DNA from: Candidatus Latescibacterota bacterium
Lineage (GTDB): Bacteria > Latescibacterota > Latescibacteria > Latescibacterales > Latescibacteraceae
Assembly: GCA_042572165.1 (NCBI GenBank)
Contig: JBHPFF010000001.1
Coordinates: forward strand, 10,770 to 74,769
Direction of reading: 5' to 3'
DNA length: 64,000 nucleotides
In this document: piece after piece, positions 28,937 to 37,163 of the stretch
Position numbering within the stretch: position 1 is the first letter of the stretch
Layout of the letters: each line of letters opens with the position of its first letter
The notes under the pieces: generated by a model
Database searches by the model: none
Told to the model about the DNA's origin: nothing
The model's input: the letters and a program-made list of their open reading frames with translations, nothing else
Position numbers and translations under genes: made by a program

Positions 28937-29545
28937 ATGAGTATATTTCAAACAAGAGAATGGAAAATATTTTACGATGGTTTTTGGACTAACAATGCCA
29001 GTTTCCGTATGATGCTCGGATTGTGTTCCACACTGGCTGTGACCAACAGCGTTCGCAACTCGTTTGCCATGTCGATAGGTGTCGTATTTGTAGCGGTAGC
29101 GACTTCGACCATAGTCAGTATCATAAGAAAAATTATTCCGTCGCGTATCCGTCTGGCGGTTTTTATGATGATAATCTCAACATTTACTATTGTCGTAGAC
29201 CAAGTATTGAAAGCATATTACCCCGATATTTCAGGTTCTCTCGGCCCCTATGTAGGCCTTATCATCACTAACTGCTTGGTAATGGGGCGCGCCGAAGCCT
29301 TTGCTATCTCGAATCCCGTATACCCGTCCATCATCGATGCTTTGGGTGTTTCGGGCGGATATGGATTCTCGCTGCTTCTTTTAGCAGCTATCAGGGAATT
29401 GCTCGGATTCGGTACTATTTTCGGTATCACTTTACTTGGTGACTGGTGGACACCCTGGCTTATCATGGTACTGCCGCCCGGTGCGTTTTTCGTTCTCGGC
29501 CTTTATATCTGGCTTCTCCGGTCTATTTCGAAAGAGGGAGCTTGA
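28937..29545 (+). CDS. rnfE: Rnf complex subunit E (NqrD family)
   Basis: 202-aa polytopic membrane protein with a conserved N-terminus (NNASFRMMLGLCSTLAVTNSV) typical of RnfE/NqrD. Confidence 0.85.
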   Translation: MSIFQTREWKIFYDGFWTNNASFRMMLGLCSTLAVTNSVRNSFAMSIGVVFVAVATSTIVSIIRKIIPSRIRLAVFMMIISTFTIVVDQVLKAYYPDISGSLGPYVGLIITNCLVMGRAEAFAISNPVYPSIIDALGVSGGYGFSLLLLAAIRELLGFGTIFGITLLGDWWTPWLIMVLPPGAFFVLGLYIWLLRSISKEGA

Positions 29546-29548
29546 TCA

Positions 29549-30139
29549 ATGGAATTCGATTTAGTTAACCTGTTTGTCATTTTCTTCGCAAGTATGTTAA
29601 CCCAGAATATAGTGTTGACATACTTTCTCGGAATATGCCCGTTTGTTGCGGTATCGAAAGAAGTCCCGATTGCTTTCGGTATGGGAATGGCAGTCAGCTT
29701 CGTAATGGTCATGACCATAGGATTCAACTGGCCGCTTTATCATCTGATACTTGTTCCGCTCAATGTCGAATATCTGGCGTTCATTGTTTTCATCATGGTC
29801 ATTGCTACATTTGTGCAGATAGTTGAGATTTTTATAGACCGTTACTCACCTGTGCTTTATGTTTCGCTCGGAGTTTTCCTCCCGCTTATCACGGTGAATT
29901 GTGCGATACTGGGACTTTCACTTATATCGGTGCTGCGTGAATATAGTTATCCCCAGAGCATGGTTTTTGCTCTCGGGAGCGGTATCGGTTTTACACTTGC
30001 TATTGTAGCGATGGCTGGCATAAGGCAAAAACTTCAGTTCTCAAGTGTTCCCAAAGGCCTGCAGGGTCCGGGGATAACAATGATTATTGCAGGAATAATG
30101 GCCATGGCGTTTATGGGTTTTGCCGGCATAGTAAAATAG
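29549..30139 (+). CDS. rnfA: Rnf complex subunit A (NqrE family)
   Basis: 196-aa polytopic membrane protein (NIVLTYFLGICPFVAVSKE...). Paralogous fold to the preceding gene. Confidence 0.85.
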   Translation: MEFDLVNLFVIFFASMLTQNIVLTYFLGICPFVAVSKEVPIAFGMGMAVSFVMVMTIGFNWPLYHLILVPLNVEYLAFIVFIMVIATFVQIVEIFIDRYSPVLYVSLGVFLPLITVNCAILGLSLISVLREYSYPQSMVFALGSGIGFTLAIVAMAGIRQKLQFSSVPKGLQGPGITMIIAGIMAMAFMGFAGIVK

Positions 30140-30166
30140 TAAACCTTTATTTCAGGATAGACTGCT

Positions 30167-31129
30167 TTGACATTATTGACACCTATATCAGTTCTTTCGA
30201 TGGTAAGTCTCATTTTAGGGATTCTCCTCGTTTTGGCGGATAAGTTTCTTGCCGACTATGGCGAGTGTAAAATTAACATTTCCGGTGAAGACGAATTCAC
30301 TATCCGTGGCGGAGACGTACTGCTTACATACCTTACCGCACATGGTATTAACGTACCTGCAGCCTGCGCCGGCAAAGCGAGCTGTGGGTACTGCAAGGTT
30401 AAGGTATTGAACGGAGACGGGCAGGTTTTGCCTACGGAGAAAGGATTTTTAACTCGTGATGACATTAAGGAGGGGATACGGCTTGCATGTCAGGTCAAGG
30501 TAAAGAGCGACATGGAGATTTTCATGCCCGACTTTATCGAGACTGTCAAAAACATAGTCGCAAATGAACTGTATGATCCGAGCCTGAATTGGCGGTTTAA
30601 CATTTCAGACCGTGAAACTGCCGATACTGAGAAAAAGAAAGCGAAGAAAAAGAAAGCAAAGATAAAGAGTGAGCCTGAAGGTCTAGACAATATATATGAA
30701 ATAATAAGGAGTAATAATGATTCCCGGGGCTCAATTATGCCGATTTTACAACAAATCAACAATGAATATAATTATTTGCCTGATTATGCTCTAAAATGTG
30801 TTTCTAATGAAATGAACATTCCATTAAGCGAGATTTTTCGTATTGCCACTTTTTATAATGTTTTCAGCCTGACTCCGAGGGGAAAAAATATAATAAAAGT
30901 GTGTTTGGGGACAGCATGTCATGTTAAGGGAGCACCTTTGGTTGTTGATGCGATTGAAAGAGAACTGGGTATCAGTCCGGGGCAGACAACGGAGGATTTG
31001 AATTTTACTCTTGAAACAGTTGCTTGTCTCGGATGCTGTGGTTTGGCTCCTGTAATTACTGTCGGCGAGAATATATATGGCAAAATAACCCAAAGTAAAA
31101 TTCCAAAATTAATTAAAGAATATACTTAA
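30167..31129 (+). CDS. membrane-anchored fusion protein: NqrF-type N-terminal [2Fe-2S] ferredoxin domain + Lys/Glu-rich linker + NuoE/HydC-type thioredoxin-like [2Fe-2S] domain
   Basis: TM helix. INISGEDEFTIRGGDVLLTYLTAHGINVPAACAGKASCGYCKVKV...LACQVKVKSDMEIFMP matches the NqrF ferredoxin domain. Linker KKKAKKKKAKIK. C-terminal VCLGTACHVKGAPLVV...VACLGCCGLAPV is the NuoE 4-Cys 2Fe-2S signature. Occupies the position where rnfB is expected. Confidence 0.75.
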   Translation: MTLLTPISVLSMVSLILGILLVLADKFLADYGECKINISGEDEFTIRGGDVLLTYLTAHGINVPAACAGKASCGYCKVKVLNGDGQVLPTEKGFLTRDDIKEGIRLACQVKVKSDMEIFMPDFIETVKNIVANELYDPSLNWRFNISDRETADTEKKKAKKKKAKIKSEPEGLDNIYEIIRSNNDSRGSIMPILQQINNEYNYLPDYALKCVSNEMNIPLSEIFRIATFYNVFSLTPRGKNIIKVCLGTACHVKGAPLVVDAIERELGISPGQTTEDLNFTLETVACLGCCGLAPVITVGENIYGKITQSKIPKLIKEYT

Positions 31130-31155
31130 TACTTAATTGTAAAATAAGGTTCACC

Positions 31156-31539
31156 ATGCCCAAAATAAAGATTGAGGATCTGGATAAAATAAGTGAAAGA
31201 ATACGTAAAACTACTGTTTTACGTGAGGGTGCTGGAAGAGCAAAGATTACCGTTCACATGGGTACATGCGGGATATCGGCAGGAGCACGTCAAATAATGA
31301 GTACTTTAATTGACGAGATTGACAAAAGAGATATAAAAGATATTATTTTAACCACATCGGGCTGCGCTGGACTATGCAGCAAAGAACCGATGGCAACTGT
31401 AGAGTTGAGTGGAAAGGCTCCGGTCAAATATGTCGATTTAACACCTGAGAAAACAGTTAAAATTTTCACTGAACATGTACTCGGTGGTAAAATTGTAAAC
31501 GAATATGCATTAGCAATAGGAAGTGAAAGAATATCCTAA
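31156..31539 (+). CDS. thioredoxin-like [2Fe-2S] ferredoxin (small hydrogenase/NuoE-fold accessory protein)
   Basis: Cys pattern HMGTCGISAGA...TSGCAGLCSKEP. 127 aa. Typical companion of HydB-type subunits. Confidence 0.7.
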   Translation: MPKIKIEDLDKISERIRKTTVLREGAGRAKITVHMGTCGISAGARQIMSTLIDEIDKRDIKDIILTTSGCAGLCSKEPMATVELSGKAPVKYVDLTPEKTVKIFTEHVLGGKIVNEYALAIGSERIS

Positions 31540-31542
31540 AAA

Positions 31543-33336
31543 ATGGAAAAGCACAGAACACATTTAATGCTATGTGCAGGGACTGCATGTGTATCAAATA
31601 AATCCTTCAGGATCAAAGAGGTTCTGGATGAAGAACTTGAGAAACATGGTCTTCAGGATGAAATTCTGGTTGTATTAACAGGTTGTAACGGATTTTGTGC
31701 AGTCGGGCCGGTCATGACAGTCAAACCCGATGGGATATTCTACCAGAATTTGAAAGAAGAGGATATTCCTCATTTGGTCGAGGAACACTTCTTAAAAGGA
31801 AGACCGGTCAAAAAGCTGATGTATACTATACCGGAAGAAAAAGAAGTCATTCCGATTATGATGGATATCGGCTTTTTTGCTCATCAGAAATTAATTGCTC
31901 TGAAAAACAGAGGGCTGATTGATCCTGAGAAAATCGATGAAAGCATTGCAAGAGACGGTTACAGAGCCATTGCCAAGGTTCTTACATCCAGCACTCCTGA
32001 AGAGGTAATACAGGAAATTAAAGTTTCCGGAATTAGGGGAAGGGGTGGCGCAGGTTTTCCGACTGGATTGAAATGGGAATTTTGCCGAAAATCAGAAGGT
32101 GAAACTAAATATTTAATCTGTAATGCCGATGAGGGTGATCCGGGTGCATTTATGGATCGAAGCATTATAGAATCAGATCCGCATCTGGTTCTGGAGGGAA
32201 TGACCATCGGCGCTTATGCAATGGGAGCCAATGAAGGATATGTCTATATCAGAAATGAATATCCGCTGGCAATGAAAAGACTTGAAATAGCTATTAATCA
32301 AGCGCGTGATTACGGTTTCCTCGGGGATAACATTTTTGATACCGATTTCAGCTTTGATGTCCATATAAAAAAAGGTGCTGGAGCATTTGTCTGCGGAGAG
32401 GAAACCTCTTTAATGTCTGCTATTGAGGGAATTCCTCCCGAACCGAGACAACGACCACCGTTTCCAACTGAATCCGGCCTATACGGAAAACCCACCAATA
32501 TTAATAATGTTGAGACATTGGCTACTATTCCGTCTATCATACTTAGAGGAGCCGAATGGTTCTCATCCATCGGGACGGAAAAGAGCAAAGGTACAAAAGT
32601 ATTCTCGCTGGTAGGAAAGATAAATAATACCGGACTTGTCGAGGTGCCGATGGGTATTACCATGAGAGAAATTATTTATGATATTGGTGACGGTATTCCG
32701 AATGGAAAGAAATTCAAGGCTGTTCAGACCGGCGGTCCGTCAGGCGGTTGTATACCCGCTGAATTGTTAGACATTCAGGTTGATTATGAACGTCTGGCTG
32801 AGGCAGGTTCTATCATGGGATCTGGCGGGATGATTGTTATGGATGAAAATACCTGCATGGTTGATATTGCCAGATATTTTATTAAATTTACTAACGATGA
32901 ATCCTGCGGTAAATGTTCGACATGCCGTGAAGGCTCGATGGCAATTTATACAATTCTCGAAAAAATATGTAGCGGGAAAGGCGAGAAAGAAGATTTAATT
33001 TTTTTAGAGGAACTTTGTCCGGTAATAATAGATGCTTCAATGTGCGGGTTGGGACAGACATTACCGAATCCGGTGCTCACCTCTATTCGATATTTCAGAG
33101 ATGAATACGAAGAACACATACATGATAAAAAATGCCGTGCTGGTGTATGTAAGACATTAATAACATTTAGTATTGACAGTGAAAAATGTACGGGATGTAC
33201 ATTGTGTGCCAGGAACTGTCCCCAGACAGCTATTTCCGGGGAGAGAAAGACACCACACACAATAGATCAGGAAAAATGCATTAAATGCAGTGTCTGCCGT
33301 GATGTATGCAAATTCAAGGCGGTAGTTGTACAGTGA
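31543..33336 (+). CDS. NuoF/HydB-like NADH-dehydrogenase flavo-iron-sulfur subunit (N-terminal Trx-like 2Fe-2S, FMN/NADH site, C-terminal 2x[4Fe-4S])
   Basis: GRGGAGFPTGLKW (NADH/FMN site). ESCGKCSTCREGS (N3 cluster). N-terminal CAGTAC...CNGFCAVGP. C-terminal CTGCTLCARNCP and CIKCSVCRDVCK. 597 aa. Confidence 0.9.
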   Translation: MEKHRTHLMLCAGTACVSNKSFRIKEVLDEELEKHGLQDEILVVLTGCNGFCAVGPVMTVKPDGIFYQNLKEEDIPHLVEEHFLKGRPVKKLMYTIPEEKEVIPIMMDIGFFAHQKLIALKNRGLIDPEKIDESIARDGYRAIAKVLTSSTPEEVIQEIKVSGIRGRGGAGFPTGLKWEFCRKSEGETKYLICNADEGDPGAFMDRSIIESDPHLVLEGMTIGAYAMGANEGYVYIRNEYPLAMKRLEIAINQARDYGFLGDNIFDTDFSFDVHIKKGAGAFVCGEETSLMSAIEGIPPEPRQRPPFPTESGLYGKPTNINNVETLATIPSIILRGAEWFSSIGTEKSKGTKVFSLVGKINNTGLVEVPMGITMREIIYDIGDGIPNGKKFKAVQTGGPSGGCIPAELLDIQVDYERLAEAGSIMGSGGMIVMDENTCMVDIARYFIKFTNDESCGKCSTCREGSMAIYTILEKICSGKGEKEDLIFLEELCPVIIDASMCGLGQTLPNPVLTSIRYFRDEYEEHIHDKKCRAGVCKTLITFSIDSEKCTGCTLCARNCPQTAISGERKTPHTIDQEKCIKCSVCRDVCKFKAVVVQ

Positions 33337-33704
33337 AAATAAAAGATATCCTGGTAGAACTCGAGGCGGAACAGGTATGGGCTACCAACTGTCCCGGCTA
33401 TGAAAACTGTGAAGTAAACGCTTGTCATGCAAGCGATCAGATAAGCGATGTACTCACATTTCACGGCGAAGGCTCACTCCTTTTGACGGGATTGACAAAT
33501 TCTCAGGTAATCAGGACCGCCGAGATTCTCGATTTTGTAGCTATATGCTTTGTCCGGGGCAAAATACCTCAGCCTGATACTATTAAATTGGCAGAAGTAA
33601 AAGGTATAATGATGTTTGCAACTCCTTATTCGATGTACACTGCATGCGGAAGACTCTATGCGAAGGGTATCCCTGCGGGGCGTCCTAAAAAGGGTGATGA
33701 ATAA
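33333..33704 (+). CDS. DRTGG-domain protein
   Basis: Probable GTG start overlapping the NuoF-like stop. Small alpha/beta domain (GEGSLLLTGLTNSQVIRTAEILD) of the kind seen beside [FeFe]-hydrogenase HydABC loci. Paralogous to 34617..34964. Confidence 0.55.
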   Translation: MKIKDILVELEAEQVWATNCPGYENCEVNACHASDQISDVLTFHGEGSLLLTGLTNSQVIRTAEILDFVAICFVRGKIPQPDTIKLAEVKGIMMFATPYSMYTACGRLYAKGIPAGRPKKGDE

Positions 33705-34612
33705 TGAACAGTGAAATTACAAAGATCAACGAACTCATCCTTGAACTCCGTGTCGGCGATGTCATGAAAAAGGATCTTATCACTGTGACTCCATCTTCAC
33801 CGATGAAAAATCTTCGGGAAATTCTGAGGGATAACCATATCTCCGGTACTCCCGTCGTCGAAGGGGAAGACCTTGTTGGAATAATCAGCATCGAAGATTT
33901 CATCAAGTGGTTGAGAAACGGTGAAACGGATGTATCAATTAAAATGCGGATGACCAGAGATGTAGTCACCATCTACGATGATGAAATGCTCATACAAGCG
34001 CTCACTAAATTAAACAAGTACGGATTTGGCAGACTCCCGGTAATATCCCGTGAGACCGGCAAACTCAAAGGTTTGATCACTAAAGGCAACATTCTCGAGG
34101 GACTGCTCATAAAACTTGATATAGATTACCGTCATGTCGAGAAAAAACAGGCTGTTTCAAACAGTTTGTTTGAAAACATTGTTGCCGATAAAAGCGCTTT
34201 GATTCTTGAATATATTGTTAACGATAAGGACATAAGCCGCGCAGGATCGACAGCGGTTGAACTGAAAACCACCCTGAAAAAGTTAGGGATATCTCCGAAA
34301 ATTGCGAGATGTGTGGCGATTGCGACCTATGAGGCCGAGATGAACATTATTTTCTTTGCTAAAAGCGGGAAAATAAAAGCGAACATCGGAGCCGATTCTA
34401 TTTGCATAAGCTTTAATGATCACGGTCCGGGGATACCGGATATCGAAAAGGCGATGAGCCAGGGGTATTCAACCGCTCCTGAATGGGTAAGAGAACTCGG
34501 ATTTGGAGCCGGAATGGGCCTTAATAATATAAAGACATGCTCGGACTATATGAATATCAATTCTACAGTCGGGAAGGGAACACGACTGAATATCAAAATT
34601 AACCTCGAGTAA
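33704..34612 (+). CDS. CBS-pair + GHKL ATPase (anti-sigma/Ser-kinase-like) regulatory protein
   Basis: Two CBS motifs (VGDVMKKDLITVTP...; TRDVVTIYDDEM). C-terminal HATPase_c (DHGPGIPDIEKA...GAGMGLNNI...GKGTRLNI). Confidence 0.7.
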   Translation: MNSEITKINELILELRVGDVMKKDLITVTPSSPMKNLREILRDNHISGTPVVEGEDLVGIISIEDFIKWLRNGETDVSIKMRMTRDVVTIYDDEMLIQALTKLNKYGFGRLPVISRETGKLKGLITKGNILEGLLIKLDIDYRHVEKKQAVSNSLFENIVADKSALILEYIVNDKDISRAGSTAVELKTTLKKLGISPKIARCVAIATYEAEMNIIFFAKSGKIKANIGADSICISFNDHGPGIPDIEKAMSQGYSTAPEWVRELGFGAGMGLNNIKTCSDYMNINSTVGKGTRLNIKINLE

Positions 34613-34616
34613 TATC

Positions 34617-34964
34617 ATGAGTTTGGCCGAAATTGCCCGTAAGCTTCAGTTTGATGTGATGTCAGGTGAGGAATCACTGACATGTGAGATTAGAGGTGGT
34701 TATGCCAGTGACCTTATCAGTGATGTGATAGCAAATGCTCAGGAAGGTGATTTGTGGGTGACACTTCAGACTCATCAGAATACAGTCGCCGTCGCGAGTA
34801 TGAAAGATTTGGCTGGAATCGTTTTTGTCAATGGTCGTCAGCCTGATGAGGATACTCTCGAAAAAGCGAAGGAAGAAAATATTCCGCTAATGGTTAGCGA
34901 TCTACCTTCATTCGAACTGATCGGCCGGCTTTATGAACTTGGTATTCGTGGAGTAAATGCTTGA
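34617..34964 (+). CDS. DRTGG-domain protein (second copy)
   Basis: 115 aa, ASDLISDVIANAQEGDLWVTLQTH...FVNGRQP. Similar to 33333..33704. Confidence 0.55.
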   Translation: MSLAEIARKLQFDVMSGEESLTCEIRGGYASDLISDVIANAQEGDLWVTLQTHQNTVAVASMKDLAGIVFVNGRQPDEDTLEKAKEENIPLMVSDLPSFELIGRLYELGIRGVNA

Positions 34965-35680
34965 GGACATTTTATGCTGATTTACACATACATACCTGCC
35001 TTTCACCCTGTGCTGAAAATGATATGTCACCCCCGGTGGTGGTGGAACAGGCGCACGCGAGCGGACTTGATATAATAGCAGTTTGTGATCATAATTCGGC
35101 TGACAATGTCGGGGCTGTAATCGGCGCTGCCGAAGATTCAGGGCTTTCGGTAATCGGAGGAATGGAGATAACATCGAGCGAGGAGGTTCACATACTGGGG
35201 CTCTTTCGAGATATAGCACTCCTCGGAAAAGCTCAGGAAGTTGTATACGATAACCTTCCCGGTGAAAATAATCCTGATTATTTCGGTGAGCAGTTATTAG
35301 CTGATAAATATGGTAATATAACAGGAAACATCAACAGGCTTCTGATTGGAGCCACTGTTCTTTCGCTTGAAGAAATCGTTTGTATGATCCACGAGTTTGG
35401 GGGAATAGCAATAGCATCTCATATCGACCGGCCGAGTTTCAGTGTTATCAGCCAGCTCGGATTCATTCCCGAGGTGCTTGAGCTGGACGGTGTCGAGATA
35501 CATTCTGGTAAGCTAGAGGGACTACCGGAGAATATGCCGATTGTATTTTCATCGGATGCACACCGTCCGGAGGATATCGGCAACAGGCGCACACGGTTTC
35601 ACATAGAAGTAGGAACACTCGATGAAATCAGACTGGCGCTACGAAATAAGGGATGTCGGGAAATCCATTCAGGACAATGA
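34961..35680 (+). CDS. PHP-domain (polymerase/histidinol-phosphatase-like) phosphoesterase
   Basis: YADLHIHTCLSPCA...IAVCDHNSADN...ASHIDRP: the His/Asp metal-binding motifs of the PHP family. Confidence 0.75.
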   Translation: MRTFYADLHIHTCLSPCAENDMSPPVVVEQAHASGLDIIAVCDHNSADNVGAVIGAAEDSGLSVIGGMEITSSEEVHILGLFRDIALLGKAQEVVYDNLPGENNPDYFGEQLLADKYGNITGNINRLLIGATVLSLEEIVCMIHEFGGIAIASHIDRPSFSVISQLGFIPEVLELDGVEIHSGKLEGLPENMPIVFSSDAHRPEDIGNRRTRFHIEVGTLDEIRLALRNKGCREIHSGQ

Positions 35681-36129
35681 GAGATTTATCGCTTCATATT
35701 ATTGATATTGCAGAAAATTCGATTCGTGCCGGGGCCGATCTGATTGAGATCATACTTGCCGAGGATGAGAAAAACGACAGGCTGACAGTTGAGGTTATCG
35801 ATAACGGGAAAGGGATGAATCCCGAGATTCTTAAAAAGGCATCGGATCCGTTTTACTCCGGCAAAGACGGAAAAAGAATCGGGCTTGGATTGTCAATGCT
35901 TGCTCAGGCGGCACGAGAAGCCGATGGGGAAATGGAAATATCCTCTACTCCGGGGCAGGGGACAAAAGTGAAAGCTGTTTTCCGCAGTAGTCATCCAGAC
36001 TTGAAACCTATTGGAGAAATGGCGGCAACTGTTCAGGCTCTTGTGGTAGGAAATTCAGAAATCGATTTTGTATTTGAATATAGAAGAGGATTGGAGATTA
36101 CCCGTATAGACACACGAGAGATCAAGTGA
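35653..36129 (+). CDS. GHKL-type ATPase domain protein (HATPase_c only)
   Basis: IDNGKGMNPEIL...GLGLSMLAQA...GQGTKVKAVF. Likely true start MRDLSLH at about 35677. Confidence 0.65.
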   Translation: MSGNPFRTMRDLSLHIIDIAENSIRAGADLIEIILAEDEKNDRLTVEVIDNGKGMNPEILKKASDPFYSGKDGKRIGLGLSMLAQAAREADGEMEISSTPGQGTKVKAVFRSSHPDLKPIGEMAATVQALVVGNSEIDFVFEYRRGLEITRIDTREIK

Positions 36130-36229
36130 CAACGAGTAATATGATTATTGTTACAATCAACTCCCAGCAGTTTGAGGTTGAAGACGGAAAAAATCACTCT
36201 AAGCATAAGCTGTTTTATAGGGATTAATT

Positions 36230-36790
36230 ATGGTAAACATAACAATAAATGAAAAAGAATTACAGGTTGAAGAGGGAAAAACCATTCTTGAGGTCGCTCA
36301 GGATGAGGGCATAGAGATTCCCACCTTATGTTACCACAAAGAATTGTCTTCATACGGCGCCTGTAGATTGTGTCTTGTTGAAATAACTGGTGGCGGAAAA
36401 CCGGGACTTGTTGTGTCATGTCTTTCCAAAGTTGCCGATGACCTGATTATAAAGACTAATACTGAAAGAGTGATGAAGTCACGAAAGATTATTATCGAAT
36501 TGCTTCTGGCTCGTTCCCCCAACTCAAAAATAATTCAGAAACTGGCTCAAGAATACGATGTTGGAAAACCGCGATTTCAGCCTGAAAACCAGGAAGAATG
36601 CATTCTTTGTGGACTTTGCATCCGTGTCTGTTCCGAAGTTGTCGGAAGATGTGCAATAAATTTCGCAAAAAGAGGTGTCGAAAGAAAAGTACAGACACCT
36701 TTTGAAGAAATTTCTGAACCATGTATCGGATGCGGTGCCTGTGCTTATCTCTGTCCAACCAATGTAATTAAAATTGAGTCGGCTGATTAG
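36230..36790 (+). CDS. HydA/NuoG N-terminal-like iron-sulfur protein ([2Fe-2S] + His-ligated [4Fe-4S] + [4Fe-4S]); no H-cluster domain
   Basis: TLCYHKELSSYGACRLCLVEI (2Fe-2S). CILCGLCIRVC and CIGCGACAYLCP ferredoxin motifs. The ORF stops at 186 aa. The 370-nt gap downstream encodes no H-cluster motifs in any frame. Confidence 0.8.
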   Translation: MVNITINEKELQVEEGKTILEVAQDEGIEIPTLCYHKELSSYGACRLCLVEITGGGKPGLVVSCLSKVADDLIIKTNTERVMKSRKIIIELLLARSPNSKIIQKLAQEYDVGKPRFQPENQEECILCGLCIRVCSEVVGRCAINFAKRGVERKVQTPFEEISEPCIGCGACAYLCPTNVIKIESAD

Positions 36791-37163
36791 TTTTTAGACC
36801 GCATATCCAGATTGGCATGGCGCAGAGGACAAACCGCAAGTTCTCTTTGAGTTCCGTCTTTGTGATAGTAAGGCGTTGTAACTGTCGGATAGCGTTTTTT
36901 AACCAGGAAAATTATCAGGATTTATACTATATAGAAAAGAGAAAAAATATGGTCCTTATCGGCCTGCACCAATCCATTGAGTACCTGTTTCTGCACCTCT
37001 GTAGTTGGAGGGACGTTTAATAACGAGGGATTGGATCTCTTTGTTATAGAATTGGGAAATGACAGTTGTTATGTGGAGATTCTAACGGATAAAGGCAAGA
37101 AACTTATCGGAGGAGACACCCGATTCAAGAACTATCCTAACCCATTTTTTAATGTAAGGAACT

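Noticed and set aside
30167-31129. Calling this gene rnfB on positional grounds
   Set aside because: It lacks the polyferredoxin 4Fe-4S CxxCxxCxxxCP motifs of RnfB. Instead it shows NqrF-type 2Fe-2S and NuoE signatures, so it is described as a fusion and not labelled rnfB.
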